A DNA stretch of 64,000 bases from Dictyostelium discoideum (taxonomy: Eukaryota): contig CM000151.3 in NCBI GenBank assembly GCA_000004695.1, positions 768,001 to 832,000 on the forward strand. Reading direction: 5' to 3'. Shown in pieces: positions 14,320 to 29,982 of this stretch. A program made the translations under genes and the position numbers. The notes beneath the pieces were generated by a model. The model saw nothing but the letters and a program-made list of their open reading frames with translations, ran no database searches and was not told the DNA's origin. Numbering within the stretch: the stretch's first letter is position 1; each line of letters opens with the position of its first letter.

Positions 14320-14782
14320 TACAGGTATAAATTCTACAATTACAGTTATTATTATGTTAAATTTTCAATTGTGTATCAAATTAAATTAAAAAGAAAAAAA
14401 AAAATAAAAAAATAAAAATGAAGGTTAGTTAAAAATATTTATTAGACAAAAAAAACAAAAAAATAAAGCAAATACTTCATTAACAAATTTTTTAAAAAGA
14501 ACGAGCAAAATCTCGTCTTTCTTGTGATATCATTTCTATTGCCAATTATTTATATAATGGGGTTTTTTGATTTTTTTTTTCCTTTTCTGACCAATCAAAA
14601 ATTGATTACAAAATCTTTGTTTGCAGATTGATTTGACTATTTTTTTTTTTTATTTTTTTTTTTTTTTTAATTTTTTTTTTTTGATTATTTTTGATTATTT
14701 TTGATTATTTTTTTTTTTTTTTTTGATTTTTTTGATTTTTTTTTGCCAGATTAAATCAATTCTTATAACAAGATTGCTAATG

Positions 14783-14815
<33 letters not shown>

Positions 14816-15831
14816 AAAAAAAAAATTTAAAAAAAAATTAAAAATAAAAATAAATAAAAAATAAAAATAAAAAAAATCCTATCGAGTCCAAACCAATGGT
14901 TGGCCGAGAAAAATAATTCATGGTCTGTTTGGTATGAAATTTCTAAAATGTTCAATCATTATTAAACAACGTTTGGCACAAGTGGATATTGATTATTCAC
15001 CCAAAAAGATACTTTATTTCCATTTTTTTTTTTATTCTTTTTATTTTTATTTTTTTTTTTTATTTTTTTTATTTTTTTTTTTTATTAAACAACAAATAAA
15101 TATTGTAATAATCTGTAATTGGTGCATTTTCAAAAATAAAACATTACCCAATCATAGATTTTTTTTTAAAAAATTTTTTTTTTTTTTTTTAAGAAACCTT
15201 TTTATTATTATTTTTTTTGTAACGGTTTTTTTTTTTTTGGGAATGGTTTTTTTTTTTTTATTAAATTAGATTTAAAGGACAATGACAAACAATTTCTTTT
15301 ATTAAAAAGTAACTTGTAAATAAATTTTTATAAAAAAAAAAAAAATATAAATAATAAAAAAAAAAATAAAATAAAATAAATGGTGGTCGAATTAAAATAT
15401 TTTAGTAAATCTGAAATTAAATTTTAAGTTTTTTAAAAAAAAAATGGTTTTAATAATTTATTTAAACCTTTTTTTTCTTCATTTTATTGGATAATAAATA
15501 ACATTTAAATAGTAATAAATACAAAATTTACACCACCAAAAAAAAAATTAAAAAAAACAGAAAATCCACTACTTTTTCTATAAATAATAATTTTTTAAAA
15601 AAAAAAAAAATATATATATATATATTAATAACACAAACCACACCACCACAACCAATAGTTTAATTTACAATAAATTTTTTTTATTTTTTTATTTTTTTAT
15701 TATTTTTTTTATAAATAATTTCTTCTTCTTTATTTTAAATTTTCTTTCTTATTATTTAATTATAATTATTATTATTATTAAAAATAAAAATTTTTTAAAA
15801 CTTTTTTTTTTTTTTTTTTTTTTTATTACAA

Positions 15832-16785
15832 ATGAAATCAATTCAAAAATTACAAAAAACATGGTTAATTTCTGGAAGTTCAAAAGGTTTAGGATTCTCT
15901 TTATTAATAAAATTATTAAAATCTGGTTTTAATGTTGCAGCATTTACAAGAAATAAAGAAACTATTGAACAATCCATTATTGAATTTGAAAATGATGAAA
16001 ATGATGAAATCAAAATTGATAAAACCAATTTATTAATAATACAAGTTGATATAACTGATAATGAAAATGTAAAGAAATCAATTGATCAAGTTATTGAAAG
16101 ATTTGGAAGTATTGATGTTGTTACCAATTGCGCAGGGTATGGATTATTTGGAGCATTTGAATATTGTAGTGAACAAGAAGTGTTTAAACAATTCCAAGTG
16201 AACCTTTTTGGTACTTTTAATGTTGTAAGAAATTCAATACCACATTTAAGAAATAATAGTAATAATACACTTGGACCTAGAATCTACAACATATCATCCA
16301 TATGTGGATTCTTTTCATCATTTGCTGGAATATCAATGTACAATTCGTCAAAATCAGCAATTGATGGATTTTCAGATAGTTTGAATGCAGAATTACGGGA
16401 AAAGAATATACATGTCACTGTTGTGAATATCGGTGGTTTGAGAACATCGTTTTTGAAAGCAAATGGTGATAGTGTTTTGGCAAAGGATAATGACAGGGAT
16501 ACCTATAGAAGTGCAACAGATATCATTGATAAACATTTCAATGAAATCAATGGTAATCAATTAGGTGATCCAAATAAAGTTGCAGATATCTTAATTTCAA
16601 TGGCTATTAATAATACAGAACCTCCAATGCATTTATTCTTAGGTTCAGATTCAATTTGTTTAGCTCAATTAAAATTAAAATTATTATCTGAAGAAATTGA
16701 AAAATATAAATCATTATCAACTTCAATTGATTTTAATAATTCTAAACCATTTGAACTAAGTCATTATATATCTTCAAAAAAATAA
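15832..16785 (+). CDS. short-chain dehydrogenase/reductase (SDR) family oxidoreductase, single exon, 317 aa
   Basis: Cofactor-binding TGxxxGxG motif (ISGSSKGLGFSL). NxAG motif (TNCAGYG). Catalytic S...YxxxK (SSICG...YNSSKSA). Uninterrupted ORF with Dictyostelium codon bias. Confidence 0.9.
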   Translation: MKSIQKLQKTWLISGSSKGLGFSLLIKLLKSGFNVAAFTRNKETIEQSIIEFENDENDEIKIDKTNLLIIQVDITDNENVKKSIDQVIERFGSIDVVTNCAGYGLFGAFEYCSEQEVFKQFQVNLFGTFNVVRNSIPHLRNNSNNTLGPRIYNISSICGFFSSFAGISMYNSSKSAIDGFSDSLNAELREKNIHVTVVNIGGLRTSFLKANGDSVLAKDNDRDTYRSATDIIDKHFNEINGNQLGDPNKVADILISMAINNTEPPMHLFLGSDSICLAQLKLKLLSEEIEKYKSLSTSIDFNNSKPFELSHYISSKK

Positions 16786-17168
16786 TAAAAATAATGAAAA
16801 TAATAATACTAATAATAATAATAATATAAAATAAAATAAAAATAAATTATTCATTTATTTCTTAAAAAAAATTTCGTGTGATACCACGAATTGTGGGTGG
16901 GAAATTTATGAATTAATATCTTTATTTCCGAGGTTTGTTTTATTTTCTCCAAATAAAAAAAAAAAACCTAAAAATATTATTTTTTTTTTTATTTTATTTT
17001 TTTTTTTTTTTTTAAATTTTTTTTTTTTTATGACAAAAAAATTAGATATTTTACTGTAAAAAAAAAACACAACACTGGTTTTTTTTTTTTTTTTTTTTAA
17101 ATTCGATCAGTATTGTATATATATTTAACAAGTTGTTCTCGCAACAATTTAACCAACTTTTGTATAAT

Positions 17169-17203
<35 letters not shown>

Positions 17204-17457
17204 CAATATTTCTTAATATAATAATAATAATAAATAATATAAAAATATAAACAAATATAAATATAAATTATATAATATACATATATACATGAAATAAATT
17301 TAATAATAATAATAAAAATTATATAAATATAGATAAAAAACAATAAAACAATAAAATAAAAAATAAAAATAAAAATAAAACAACTAAATATAGATATAAA
17401 AATAAAAATAAAAAAAATAAAAAATAAAAAATAAAAAATAAAAAATAAAAAATAAAA

Positions 17458-17736
17458 ATGGAGCAATATGAAGATAAATCAGGTCTATTATTAGTTCAAC
17501 TAAATCAATTATCAGATAATAGATCAAAGAAAGTATTACAGGGTTTCGTTAAAGATGTTTTAACTTATGAAAAATCAAAAATTGGTACTCAACTCACAGA
17601 TAGCGAAACTGAATTAGGAGTATCTAAATCATTAGTACAATCATCAAAACAACAAAATATATCATCAACTTATTTCCTAGATTTATGTAATAAACATATA
17701 ATAAATTCAGAATTTACAAGTAGTTATTTATATTAA
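17458..17736 (+). CDS. hypothetical small protein, 92 aa
   Basis: ATG-initiated ORF with typical Dictyostelium A/T third-position bias. It sits in an otherwise non-coding AT-rich spacer preceded by an (AAAAAT)-like repeat. No domain recognised. Confidence 0.4.
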   Translation: MEQYEDKSGLLLVQLNQLSDNRSKKVLQGFVKDVLTYEKSKIGTQLTDSETELGVSKSLVQSSKQQNISSTYFLDLCNKHIINSEFTSSYLY

Positions 17737-17909
17737 ATATGGAAAAAAAAAAAAAAATTGACAAAAAAAAAAGTAAGTAAAAAAAGAAAGAATTAATAAT
17801 GTAAAAAAGAAGTCTTCTTTTATCTTTTAAACCTCTTTTTTTTTTTTTTTTTTTCTATTTATTTATATTATATATATATATTTTTTTTTTTTTTTATTTT
17901 CTATTAATC

Positions 17910-17988
<79 letters not shown>

Positions 17989-19267
17989 ATGTGCGATTCT
18001 ATTTTTAAATACATTAAAAATAATAACACTAAACTCAAAATTATGAATCATTTGTTACATCATAATAAATTATATATATCACTATCAATATATCTTTCTA
18101 TATAATCGTATTAATAAAAAAACAATAAGGAAAACATAAAAAAAAATACCATATAAAAATTATAGTGGTTGTATTTTCATCGAGATTAAAAAAAAAAAAA
18201 AAAATTAAAAAAAAATTAAAAAATAAAAAAAAAAAATTAACATCTTAAATCTTAAAATCAATCACATTCACACCCTAACAATAACAACAACAACATATAT
18301 ACCAACATTTCAAAATATTCGCTCACACACAATAAACACCACATTCACACAATTAGCCCACAAACACAATAAACTCCATAAACATTGATTTAACAAAGAA
18401 GTTGGATTTTTCTTTTTTTTTTTTTTCTTTTTTTTAAAAAAAAAATATTGTGGGTGTTGTGTGTTTGTGTTTGACAATAAGGTTTTATGTTTTTCTTTTT
18501 TTTTTTTTTTTTTTTTAATAATTCCACATTAACCAACTCAAAATTTACTATTTTAATTCAACTCACACACACATTCCACACCAAAAGTAATATAACTCCT
18601 TATCATTATCATTTTTTTTATTTTTTTATTTTTTTTTTTTATTTTTTTTATTTTTATTTTTTTTTTTTTTGTTAAATTTTGTTTTTTTATTTTTTTATAT
18701 TCTTTTTTTTTTATTCATTTTTTTTTTTTTCCATACAATTTTTTTTTTTTTTTCTTTTACCATCAACAACACCATCAACTACAATAACTGCATTGTAAAT
18801 ATTTTTGTTTATTTTAAATCCATCACCCAATTTTAAAAAAAAAAAAAAAAAAAAACTTATAGTTTTTTATTTTTTTTTTTTGGTTTTTTTTTTTTGGTTT
18901 TTTTTCCATCATTTGTTTTTTTTCTTGAATAATCTATTTTTTTCAATCAAAAAAAAAAAAAAAAAAAACAATAATGATAATGGTAAAAAAAAAAAAAAAA
19001 AAAAAACAACCAAACAAAAAAAAAAACAAAAAAAAACCAATACCACCACCACATACTGATAAAATTTTTATATAATACTTCAATTTTTATTTTTAATCTT
19101 TGTTTTTATTCTATATTTAAATTTTTTAAATTTTTTATTTTATTTTTATTTTTTTTTTCAAAAACAACTTGTATTTCTAATATTAAAATAATTTTACCAA
19201 AAAAAAATAAAAAAAAATAAAAAAAAAAATTATTTAAATTAAATTATTATTTTTTTTTTTTTTTTAG

Positions 19268-19461
19268 ATCAACCTAGCATTTTATGGAAAATTGTGGAAT
19301 ATATTATTAGTGAATTGAATTATTTAGATAGAATTTTAGATTCGTATCAAGAGAAAAAAGAAAATACAAAAATATTGGGATCTACCTCCATAAGACTTGA
19401 GGAAATATCTTATTTATTATCTTATATACAATCATCACCAAAAATGCATACAGGAGAATAC
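19268..19461 (+). CDS. internal 5' exon, probably belonging to the downstream PH/RapGAP gene (encodes DQPSILWKIVEYIISELNYLDRILDSYQEKKENTKILGSTSIRLEEISYLLSYIQSSPKMHTGEY)
   Basis: The exon is bounded by a poly-T...ttag acceptor at 19266-67 and a consensus GTAAGT donor at 19462. It has no in-frame ATG, so an upstream mini-exon is implied. The candidate is ATGATAATG G|gtaaaa at 18974..18983, which has the correct phase. The next 729 nt downstream contain no AG dinucleotide until ttacag at 20189-90. That acceptor is in phase with the large ORF. Confidence 0.5.
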
Positions 19462-20110
19462 GTAAGTGTTGGATTTTTTTATTTTTTTTTTTTCTATATT
19501 AAAATATTTATTTTTATTATTATTATTTTTTTATATTTTTATATTTTTTTTTTTTTATTATAAACATATATAAATACAAAAACAATTGTCCCCCCTCATC
19601 AACACCACCACTACCACCAACACCACCACATTTAATTGAAATTTTATTTTAAAAATCAAATTATTACTTTTTTTTTTTATTTGATTAAAATTTTTTTTTA
19701 TTTTTATTTATTTTTTTATTTTTTAACTTAAAACTTTTATTATTATTTATTTTTATTTATTTTTCCACAAAAACATTGTATTATCATAATTTTTATTTAT
19801 TTTTTTATTTTTATTTTTATTTTCACCTTATTAATTAATTTATTTTAATTTATTTTAAAATTTTTAATTATTTATTTTTTTAATTAATTTTTTTTATTAT
19901 TTATTTTTATTTAAATCTACAATATTTTTTTATTTTTTTAATTTTTTTTTCGTTATTATCTTTTATTTTTTTATTTTCTAAACACATTTGGAAAAAAAAA
20001 AAATAAATAAAAAACTAAACAAAAAACCATATTAACCATGAAAATTAAATTATTTATTAAAAAAAAAAAAAAATTTAATTATAATCATCGACATTATTAT
20101 TATCATCATC

Positions 20111-20142
<32 letters not shown>

Positions 20143-20190
20143 ATACAACAACCACAAATACAACAACAACAAATACAACAAAAATTACAG

Positions 20191-23100
20191 TCAGAATTAT
20201 TAATCGGTATTAATGGACATATGAAAAAGATAACGTTAAAATTAAAGAATAATTTAGAAGAGGATCAATATTCAAATTGTGTAAAATATGGGTGGATTGA
20301 GAAAAGATGTGGTAAAAATCAATCATTTAGTTCATGGAAAAGAATGTGGTTTATATTAAAAGATAGTAAACTTACATATTATATTAAAGAAAAGAATTTA
20401 AAGAAAAGATCATCAACAATTGGTAGTACTCAAGAATTTTTTAAACAACAACATGGAATAGATAATAATAATTGTACAAATAGTAATAGTAATAATAATA
20501 ATAATAACTCTGATTTGATTCACTTATCAGCACCTTCATTATCATCATCAACATCATCAACAATATCACCAATAAGCTCATCATCATCATTAACAACTAC
20601 AACAACTACTACAACAACAACTACAAATGCAAACACAAATAATGGATTATCAGATTCAATAAATCATGTATATTTAGAAGGTGAACTTGGTAAAAAGAAA
20701 GAAGGTAAAGGATGGAAAGTTAGATGGATGAAACTATTGGAACATTCATTAGTTTATTATAAATCATCAAAAGATAAAGAACCATTGGGTATAGTTAATT
20801 TGAATGAGTGTCAAGATTGTGAAGTTAATAAAGAATCATCGAATAAATTCGTTGTTGTACATTCAAGTAATCGATACTATTTTAAAACCAATACAAAACA
20901 AGAACTCACTCAATGGGTTAAATCCGTTAAATCTAGAATACCTTCAATCAATCAAACAAAGATGGATTTAGATCAATTCCAATTAAAAGGTGTCATAGAA
21001 TTTAATAGTATACAACAAATCGCTGAAACTTTCAAATTTAATAGTCAACCAAATTGTCTAACAATTACAACTGATGAAAAAGCATATTATCTATCATTCG
21101 ATTCAAATAAAGATAAACTGGATTGGTTAAATCAATTGAATTTAACTATAAATAAATTTAAAGGTGGTTTCAATAGTGGTGGTGGTTCAAATAATTCTTC
21201 ACCATCATCTTTACAATCACAACAAGCTAAGGAGAGTGGTAATGGTGGTAGTTTAAGTCCAAATATACTTGGTAACTTTAAATCATCTATTAAACCATGG
21301 AGATTCTCATCTTCACCTTCTCAAGGTCGTGTTTCAATTGGAGGTGGTGGTGATAGATCATCAACTCAAGTTAAATTTGTTGATAATCCTTTATCAAAAA
21401 GTTCAAATAAAGAGGAGTTTGATGGTGGTGAATATGGTTCACAAATTTTACCAAGAAAATCAACAATCATTGGTCCAAATGGTGGTGTTAAAGTTAGTAC
21501 AAGTGGTGCTGTTGAATTATCACCAGTTTTAATTTCAAGTAATAATAACAATAATAATACAATAAGTTCAAGTGGTAATTCAATACCAACTTGTTTAAGT
21601 GATTTAATTAATGAATCAAGTGATAATGAAGATGGTGATGATTTAAAGATGATGATACCAGAATCATTAAAGAATGAAATGATGAGAAGATCAGCAATTA
21701 GTTCATTGAAAAATTTTAAGTTGGAAATTTTTATTTGGTCAAATCATCAAGAGGTTTTCACATTTCTTTTCTCTGATTCAGTGTTGGTAGATCAAGTTAA
21801 AGCATTTGCTTTTAAAAAGATACCTTCATTAGCAAATTTATCAGTATTGGATTATAGATTAGGTATTGATGAAGATACACTATTGGAAGTGGAATTCTTA
21901 AAGTTTATATATAGTCATACAATGGTTGAATTGGCATTAAAGACTTGTGGTATCGTAAAGATTGGTATTTTCCATCATCGTAAGGATAGAAGAGTTAAAG
22001 AGAAATTATATTCAGATAAATTCTATGGTCATCTTTTATCACAATCACCAGATGGTCGTAAAGGTAATGGTGTTGGTATTGGTGGTAATGGTATACCTAT
22101 TGAGTATTCAAGAAGTGAACCAAATCTTCAATCATGTCTATCATCTTCACCTTCAACTAGAGAAACTATGGTACCATCTTCACCATCATCACATCAATTA
22201 ATAACACCACCACCATCATTAAAACAATATGAACAACAATTATCATCATCATCATCATCATCGTCACAACAACTACAACTACAACTACAACAACAAGAAC
22301 AAGAACAACTATTACAAGAACAACCAGAAGCTGAACAATCACAACCAGAACCACAACCACAATTAGAACCAGAATCAGAAATAGAGATTGAAGAATTAGA
22401 ACAACCAATTGAAGAACTATTGAATATTTCAACTACACCAATATCAATACGTAGTAATTCAATTTTATCAAGTTCAACATCTGCATCATCATCACCATCT
22501 TCAACACCATCATTGACACCAGTAATTGAAAGACAACAAAAAATGTCAGCAGCAGGTTGGCATAGTGTTAATCCAAGTGTAACATTGAATCAACGTAGAC
22601 AATTGATTAGTGGTTGTCCAGGTTGGAATATTGAAGTATCGAATCCAACTTCAACATTCACCAGTCAAGGTTTCAAACCAAAATTCGATAAACAAGAGCA
22701 TGGATTCTATAGACGTTATAATTTCGATGGTACAAGTACGGTTCAAAGCTTTTTAGGTGTAGATATGAAAATGGGACCATTGGCATTCAGTTTGGCAAAA
22801 GATGCCAATGATAACTATCGTGGTGTACTTCATACAAAACATGGCGCAAAGACAATTAGTGAAGATTCTAAAAATATCGTTGGTATTTTAAATCTCCTTT
22901 CATTGAGTAAAAAAGTAAAGACAAAGAAAGTGGTCTCCCATTTAATTGGATTATTGGATCCATCGATCGATGCAAAACTTTTAAATTTAGCTTCAAATCA
23001 ATCAGAGTTACAAAAAGAACTCTTATCATTTGAGGAACGTCAAACCACAAGTGGTTTTAAATTTGGTATGGTCTATTGCAGACATGGTCAAGTCACAGAC

Positions 23101-23676
23101 GATGAAATCTTCTCCAATAAACAAGGTAGTCCAGAGTGGGACGAGTTCTTATCATTGATTGGTGACAAGATTGAATTGGTCGGTTGGCCACATTATAGTG
23201 CTGGTTTGGATGTTAAATTCAATTCAACAGGTACTCACTCTCTATACACCGATTATCATGGAAATGAAGTTATGTTCCATGTTTCAACAATGTTACCTTT
23301 CTCCACTACCGATTATCAACAAATTGAAAGAAAACGTCAAGTTGGCAATGATATTTGTGTTGTCATCTTTAATGATGGTACTCTCTCTTATATGCCAAAT
23401 ACAATCACTTCTCAATTCAATCATGTTATCATTCTTGTTCAATACGATAAACAAAACAATGGTTATAAAGTTTCAATGGCTTGTAAAGATGGTGTTAAAT
23501 CACCTTTCGAACCCCTATCTCCAAATAATTTAATTAAAAAATCTGATATTAAAGATTTCATTTTAACTAAATTAATTAATGGTGAATTGGCTTCATTACA
23601 AGCTCCTGTATTTGCTTCAAAAATTACTAGAACTAGAGAATCTTTATTAAATTATTATATTTCTCAATTTTTATAA
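20191..23676 (+). CDS. Rap GTPase-activating protein with N-terminal PH domains (main exon). If translation instead starts at the upstream ATG, the ORF begins at 20038.
   Basis: Two or three PH-like modules are present (GWIEKRCGKNQSFSSWKRMWFILKDSKLTYY, EGELGKKKEGKGWKVRWMKLLEHSLVYYKSSKD...QWVKSVKS and a third). The C-terminal RapGAP catalytic domain contains the ...GNDICVVIFNDG...ITSQFNHVIILV motif. Ser/Thr/Gln-rich linkers separate the modules. The stop TAA is at 23674-76. Confidence 0.85.
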   Translation, partial: SELLIGINGHMKKITLKLKNNLEEDQYSNCVKYGWIEKRCGKNQSFSSWKRMWFILKDSKLTYYIKEKNLKKRSSTIGSTQEFFKQQHGIDNNNCTNSNSNNNNNNSDLIHLSAPSLSSSTSSTISPISSSSSLTTTTTTTTTTTNANTNNGLSDSINHVYLEGELGKKKEGKGWKVRWMKLLEHSLVYYKSSKDKEPLGIVNLNECQDCEVNKESSNKFVVVHSSNRYYFKTNTKQELTQWVKSVKSRIPSINQTKMDLDQFQLKGVIEFNSIQQIAETFKFNSQPNCLTITTDEKAYYLSFDSNKDKLDWLNQLNLTINKFKGGFNSGGGSNNSSPSSLQSQQAKESGNGGSLSPNILGNFKSSIKPWRFSSSPSQGRVSIGGGGDRSSTQVKFVDNPLSKSSNKEEFDGGEYGSQILPRKSTIIGPNGGVKVSTSGAVELSPVLISSNNNNNNTISSSGNSIPTCLSDLINESSDNEDGDDLKMMIPESLKNEMMRRSAISSLKNFKLEIFIWSNHQEVFTFLFSDSVLVDQVKAFAFKKIPSLANLSVLDYRLGIDEDTLLEVEFLKFIYSHTMVELALKTCGIVKIGIFHHRKDRRVKEKLYSDKFYGHLLSQSPDGRKGNGVGIGGNGIPIEYSRSEPNLQSCLSSSPSTRETMVPSSPSSHQLITPPPSLKQYEQQLSSSSSSSSQQLQLQLQQQEQEQLLQEQPEAEQSQPEPQPQLEPESEIEIEELEQPIEELLNISTTPISIRSNSILSSSTSASSSPSSTPSLTPVIERQQKMSAAGWHSVNPSVTLNQRRQLISGCPGWNIEVSNPTSTFTSQGFKPKFDKQEHGFYRRYNFDGTSTVQSFLGVDMKMGPLAFSLAKDANDNYRGVLHTKHGAKTISEDSKNIVGILNLLSLSKKVKTKKVVSHLIGLLDPSIDAKLLNLASNQSELQKELLSFEERQTTSGFKFGMVYCRHGQVTDDEIFSNKQGSPEWDEFLSLIGDKIELVGWPHYSAGLDVKFNSTGTHSLYTDYHGNEVMFHVSTMLPFSTTDYQQIERKRQVGNDICVVIFNDGTLSYMPNTITSQFNHVIILVQYDKQNNGYKVSMACKDGVKSPFEPLSPNNLIKKSDIKDFILTKLINGELASLQAPVFASKITRTRESLLNYYISQFL

Positions 23677-24437
23677 AAAAAAAAAATAAAAAAATAAAAA
23701 AAAAAAAAATAAAATAAAACAAAATAAAATCAATTCAATTCAAATCAAATTAAATCAAATCAAATATCAAAAATTAAAAATTAAAAATCAAAAAAAAAAA
23801 AAACTAAAAACATATAATGGTGTAATAACAATTCCAAAAAAAAAAAAAAAAAAAAAAAAATACCAATTATTACTTAATATGATAAGGTAATAAAATTATT
23901 TAAATTTATAAAATTATATTTATTAATATAAAAATTTATTTTGTGTATTATTTTATTTTTTTTTGATATTTTTACAAATTATTTTAAAGATTCTTGAGTT
24001 TATTTAAATTCTTTTTTTATTAAATTGAAAATATTTCCAAAAGTAATAATATAATCTTAATTAAAAAAAACATATCACAAAAAAAAAAAAATTATTTTAA
24101 AATAAAACTGGATTTCCTCTCTTTTAATTGGAAAAATTAAAAAAATAAAAATTAATAAATAATTATTATTAAATTGGAAATAATTTTATTTATTTTTCGA
24201 TCGTTATTAGAAAAAAATAATTTTGATGAATTCAGATATTTTTTTTTGATTTTTTTAATTTAATTTTTATTTATTTTTTTTTTTTTTTTTTTCATGAAAA
24301 AAACATTTTTATTTTTTTTTTTTTTCAAATTAGATATTATCCACAAAAACACACCACACACCTAATATTTTTTATTTATTTATTTAATTTAATTTATTTA
24401 TTTATTTATTTTTTACAGTACAATATCAAAGATTTAA

Positions 24438-24535
24438 AAAATAAAATAAAACAAAATAAAATAAAATAAAATAAAATAAAATAAAATAAAATAAAATAAA
24501 ATAAAATAAAATAAAATAAAATAAAATAAAATAAA
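24438..24535. repeat. (AAAAT)n pentanucleotide repeat, ~20 units
   Basis: aaaataaaat... is seen directly in the sequence, immediately upstream of the FHA-kinase start codon. Confidence 0.95.
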
Positions 24536-24552
24536 TTTATGTAATATACCAT

Positions 24553-28032
<3,480 letters not shown>

Positions 28033-28697
28033 AATCCAAACAAGAATAAAAATAAAATAAAATCTTTCTAGGGAAAAAAAAAAAATGAAAGAAATAAAAT
28101 TTTTATACACTTTTTTTTTATTTAATATGTGATTTCCATTAATGAATAAAAAAAAAAAAAAAAAAAAAAAATTATTAAATTATGAAGTAATTAATTAATT
28201 TGAAGTTTTTAATGGATGTTGATGTTCAAGAATGTGTGTTGGTAAATTAAGTTTTTTATTTTGGTGCGTAATTACCCACCTTGCACATAAATAAAAAAAA
28301 ATAATGCCAGCGAACCAAATTAAAAAAAAAAAATCTTTTTGTTTTTAGACTTTGATACTTCGCTTTGTGGACCAAAAAATATTTAATGTAAAATAAAAAA
28401 AAAAAAAAAATTGGACATTACATTATTGTCCCACAAAAAAAAAAATTTAAAATCATTCTTTTTATTGACACGAAAATGATTAGGAGTTCGATATTTTTGA
28501 TTTCTTTTTTTGTCGTTTTTCATTACAATTTCGTTGATTTTCATATTCAATTTTTTTTATTTTTTTTTATTTTTTTTATTTTTTTTTTAAAAGTATAAAA
28601 AGAAAAAAAATTATGAAGTCTAAATATAATAAAAAGAATCAAAATAACTTACAAATAAATTATTTTATTACTTTTAAAAAATAAAAAAAAAAAAAAA

Positions 28698-28839
28698 ATG
28701 AAAGCAGCTGTTTTTAAACAAATAGGTGGGGATTTAGAGATTGTTGAAGTTCCAGTACCAGAACCAAAACAAGGTTGGGTTAGAATCAAAGTTCATTCAT
28801 GTGGTGTATGTCACAGTGATAATGCTTGCAAATATGGTA

Positions 28840-28923
<84 letters not shown>

Positions 28924-29982
28924 TTTCATTTTATTTAATTTTTTGATTATTTAATTATTTTATTTTAATAATCTTTTAATTATTTTTTTTTAAATTTATT
29001 AATTTATAGGAAATTTTGGAAATTCATATCCACGTATTCCAGGTCATGAAGTATTTGGTGAAATTGAAAAATTGGGTGAAGGTGTTGATCCAAATTATTT
29101 CAAAATTGGTAAATTAGTTGGTGTTGGTTGGTGTGTATATTTTTAAAAAAAATAATACAAATAATAAAAATAAAAATAATATATATATAATAAAAATAAA
29201 AAAGTAATATATTTATTTAAATAATTTAATTTAGGTTTGGTGGTAATCATTGTGGTAAATGTAGAGAATGTTTAAATGATCAATGGATATTTTGTAAGGA
29301 ATCATTAATTTGTGGTATTCATTATGATGGTGGATATGCTGAATATATGGTTGCACCATCAGATTCATTAGCATTTGTACCAGAAGGAATGAATGCTGAG
29401 GAAACTGCACCATTATTATGTGCTGGTATTACTGTATTCAATTCATTTAGAAATCAAAATATCAAAGTTGGTTCATTGGTTGGTGTTCAAGGTTTAGGTG
29501 GTCTTGGTCATTTAGCAATTCAATTTTGCAAGAAAATGGGTTATGAAGTTATTGCAATGTCAAGTGGTGATCAAAAAGAGAAATTAGCAAAAGAATTAGG
29601 TGCAGCTCATTATGTTAATATTTCAAAAGATGGTTGGATTGATCAAATGAAGGCAATTGGTTCAGTTCAATGTATTTTATTAACTGCTCCATCTTCATCA
29701 ATTGTTCAATCATCTTTGGATGCTTTAGGTGTGAATGGAAAGTTAGTACTTTTAGCTCTTTTACCAGAACCATTCAATGCAAATTCTCTAACTTTAATTG
29801 GTGGTAATAAATCAATTATTGGTTGGTCTTCAGGTGATTCTCGTGATACAGAACAAACATTGAACTTTGCAAATAAAAATCAAGTAAAAGCAATGGTTAA
29901 AACTTTCCCATTGGAAAATGTTAATGAAGCTTTACTTAAAATTGCTGATGCTAGATTTAGACATGTAGTAAAGATTTTATAA
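28698..29982 (+). CDS. zinc-dependent alcohol dehydrogenase (MDR superfamily); exons 28698..28836, 29010..29130, 29235..29982
   Basis: Catalytic zinc motifs CGVCHSD and GHE (PRIPGHEVFGEI). Structural-zinc Cys cluster CGKCRECLNDQWIFC. Rossmann fold GVQGLGGLGHLAIQF. Introns: 28837..29009 (GTAATT donor, (ATT)n inside, acceptor tatag) and 29131..29234 (GTGTGT donor, acceptor atttag). The exon sum is 1008 nt, or 336 codons, in frame. Confidence 0.85.

Noticed and set aside
14934-15269. ORF 14934..15269 and similar F/L/K-rich ORFs (17149..17466, 18487..18675, 18805..19059, 35627..36729, 39359..40228, 40852..41088, 51540..52045, 53650..53969, 55893..56394, 57080..57268, 60937..61499, 62650..62862)
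   Set aside because: These are translations of poly-T/poly-A and AT-rich spacer, or the antisense of poly-N coding. No codon bias, no domains.
20038-20190. Low-complexity N-terminus of the big ORF (MKIKLFIKKKKK...poly-Q)
   Set aside because: It lies in a 729-nt AG-free stretch that behaves as an intron between the GTAAGT donor at 19462 and the ttacag acceptor at 20190. It is kept only as an alternative start.
28741-28938. ORF 28741..28938 and the poly-Y tail of ORF 28698..28922
   Set aside because: Read-through of the (ATT)n array in ADH intron 1, whose GTAATT donor is at 28837. The ORF is real only up to 28836.
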